Source: Candidatus Latescibacterota bacterium (GTDB lineage: Bacteria; Latescibacterota; UBA2968; UBA8231). Taken from it: DNA of 64,000 nucleotides. How positions within the stretch are numbered: the first letter of the stretch is position 1; each line of letters begins with the position of its first letter. The stretch spans positions 174,631 to 238,630 of the forward strand of contig CBDCNM010000001.1 of assembly GCA_965219385.1 (NCBI GenBank), read 5' to 3'. The notes beneath the pieces are model-generated. The model made no database searches and was not told the origin of the DNA. It saw only the letters and a program-made list of their open reading frames with translations. Of the stretch, positions 62,854 to 64,000 are shown piece by piece. Position numbers and translations under genes: made by a program.

Positions 62854-63564
62854 ATGGAAGGCTTATTGCAGCTGTTGCAACTTCAGGATGTGGACAAGGA
62901 ATTAAAGACACTAGAGGAAGCCAAGGAACAGTATCCTGCGGAAATCAGCGATCGGCGGGAGGAACTGGACAAGGCCCGGTCGGCTCTGAAAGAGCAGGAA
63001 GACCAGCTGGAGGAACTGGCCCGGAATCGACGCCATTTCGAGCGCGAACTCGAAGGCGCCCGAACCAGTCTGCAGGAACACGAAAAACGCTTTGCCGAGG
63101 TCACCAACAACAGGGAATACGATGCCCTGCAGATCGAAATAGAATCCTGCAAGACGCGGATTTCCGAGCACGAAACCCAGATCCTCGAAACCATCGAAGC
63201 CACGGAGCAGCTTCAGGAAGAGGTAGAAATCGCCAAGCAGGACTACGGGGAAGTCCATCGGGACCAGCAGGCGCGCATTGACGAACTCCAGGCCAAACTG
63301 ACCTCTCTTCAGGAGGAGGTAGACGGCGTGGAAGAACGACGTCAGGCCGTGGTTGAGAACATCGGGGCAAACCTGTTGCGGGTCTACAAACGCAGCCGCA
63401 AGGCCAAGGGGATGAGGGTGGGTCCGGTCCGAAAAGGCGCCTGTGGTATCTGTTTCCGCCAGTTGCCGGCGCAGCAAAAAACCAATGTGCGACGCAACGA
63501 GGCCGATATACAGTACTGTGAGAGCTGCGGCACCATTATGGTCTGGGATGAACAGTCGGCTTAA
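62854..63564 (+). CDS. Coiled-coil protein with C4 zinc ribbon (DUF164/CT398-like)
   Basis: Long heptad region, CGIC...CESC. Confidence 0.88.
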   Translation: MEGLLQLLQLQDVDKELKTLEEAKEQYPAEISDRREELDKARSALKEQEDQLEELARNRRHFERELEGARTSLQEHEKRFAEVTNNREYDALQIEIESCKTRISEHETQILETIEATEQLQEEVEIAKQDYGEVHRDQQARIDELQAKLTSLQEEVDGVEERRQAVVENIGANLLRVYKRSRKAKGMRVGPVRKGACGICFRQLPAQQKTNVRRNEADIQYCESCGTIMVWDEQSA

Positions 63565-63565
63565 C

Positions 63566-63938
63566 GGAGTGGGTCGGGCGATCGCGCTGTCCGGCCACAG
63601 GGCCGGAGGTGAGGAAAGTCCGAGCTCCCCAGGACAGGACGCTGGGTAACACCCAGGAGGGGCGACCCTACAGAAAGTGCCACAGAAAACACACCGCCCG
63701 GAATCCTCTGGTCTTCGGGTAAGGGTGAAAAGGTGAGGTAAGAGCTCACCGCGTTTCCGGCGACGGAAACGGCAGGGCAAACCTCGTCCGGAGCAAGGCC
63801 AAATAGGGGAGGAGAGGTGGTCCGCCTCGCTTACAACTCCCGGGTAGGCCGCAAAGAGGCTGTGGGCAACCACCGTCCAAGATGAATGATCGCCCCGCGC
63901 CCCGCGCGCGGACAGGACTCGGCTTATAGACCCACTCC
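63566..63938 (+). ncRNA. rnpB: RNase P RNA (class A)
   Basis: GAGGAAAGTCC, GAAAGTGCCACAGAAA, GAGCAAGGCCAAATAG and ACAGGACTCGGCTTA; terminal P1 pairing GGAGTGGGTC/GACCCACTCC. Confidence 0.97.
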
Positions 63939-64000
63939 CACTTCTTTCGTTCATTGAGTCCGTTTCCCCGGGCCTGGCCACAGGACCGGACAGCGGGAAT

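Noticed and set aside
62911..63981. 356-aa minus-strand ORF
   Set aside because: Antisense to rnpB and the zinc-ribbon gene.

Overview
Bacterial, mostly GC-rich window. The FlgD-Ig C-terminal protein, multiple PhyH dioxygenases and the rsmB-PASTA-rpe gene order suggest an FCB-superphylum lineage such as Latescibacterota/Gemmatimonadota (inference). Bases ~16.8-64 kb are largely intact housekeeping and accessory metabolism: selA-selB, recJ, rsmB, rpe, ffh-rpsP-rimM-trmD-rplS, purF, htpG, proA and rnpB, plus one IS5 and a deleted mgtE. Bases 1-16.8 kb are a decaying accessory island. It starts with a sigma-54-driven lipoprotein/M4-peptidase operon and IS91 and IS903-like remnants. An integrase-less integron cassette array follows, with attC sites at ~4607, ~10700 and ~11473 and degenerate ones at ~13380 and ~16781. 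The key result is one ~2.6-kb cassette, bounded by complementary GTTAAAG/CTTTAAC cores. After removing three IS elements with their target duplications (and one extra base) it encodes an Abi_C abortive-infection protein (277 aa) and a 494-aa caspase-family protease with an uncharacterised C-terminal domain. This is a candidate two-gene anti-phage system that has been disrupted four times. Also notable is an unannotated ~245-nt structured transcript at 41.8-42.0 kb with its own promoter, a 12-codon ORF and a terminator.
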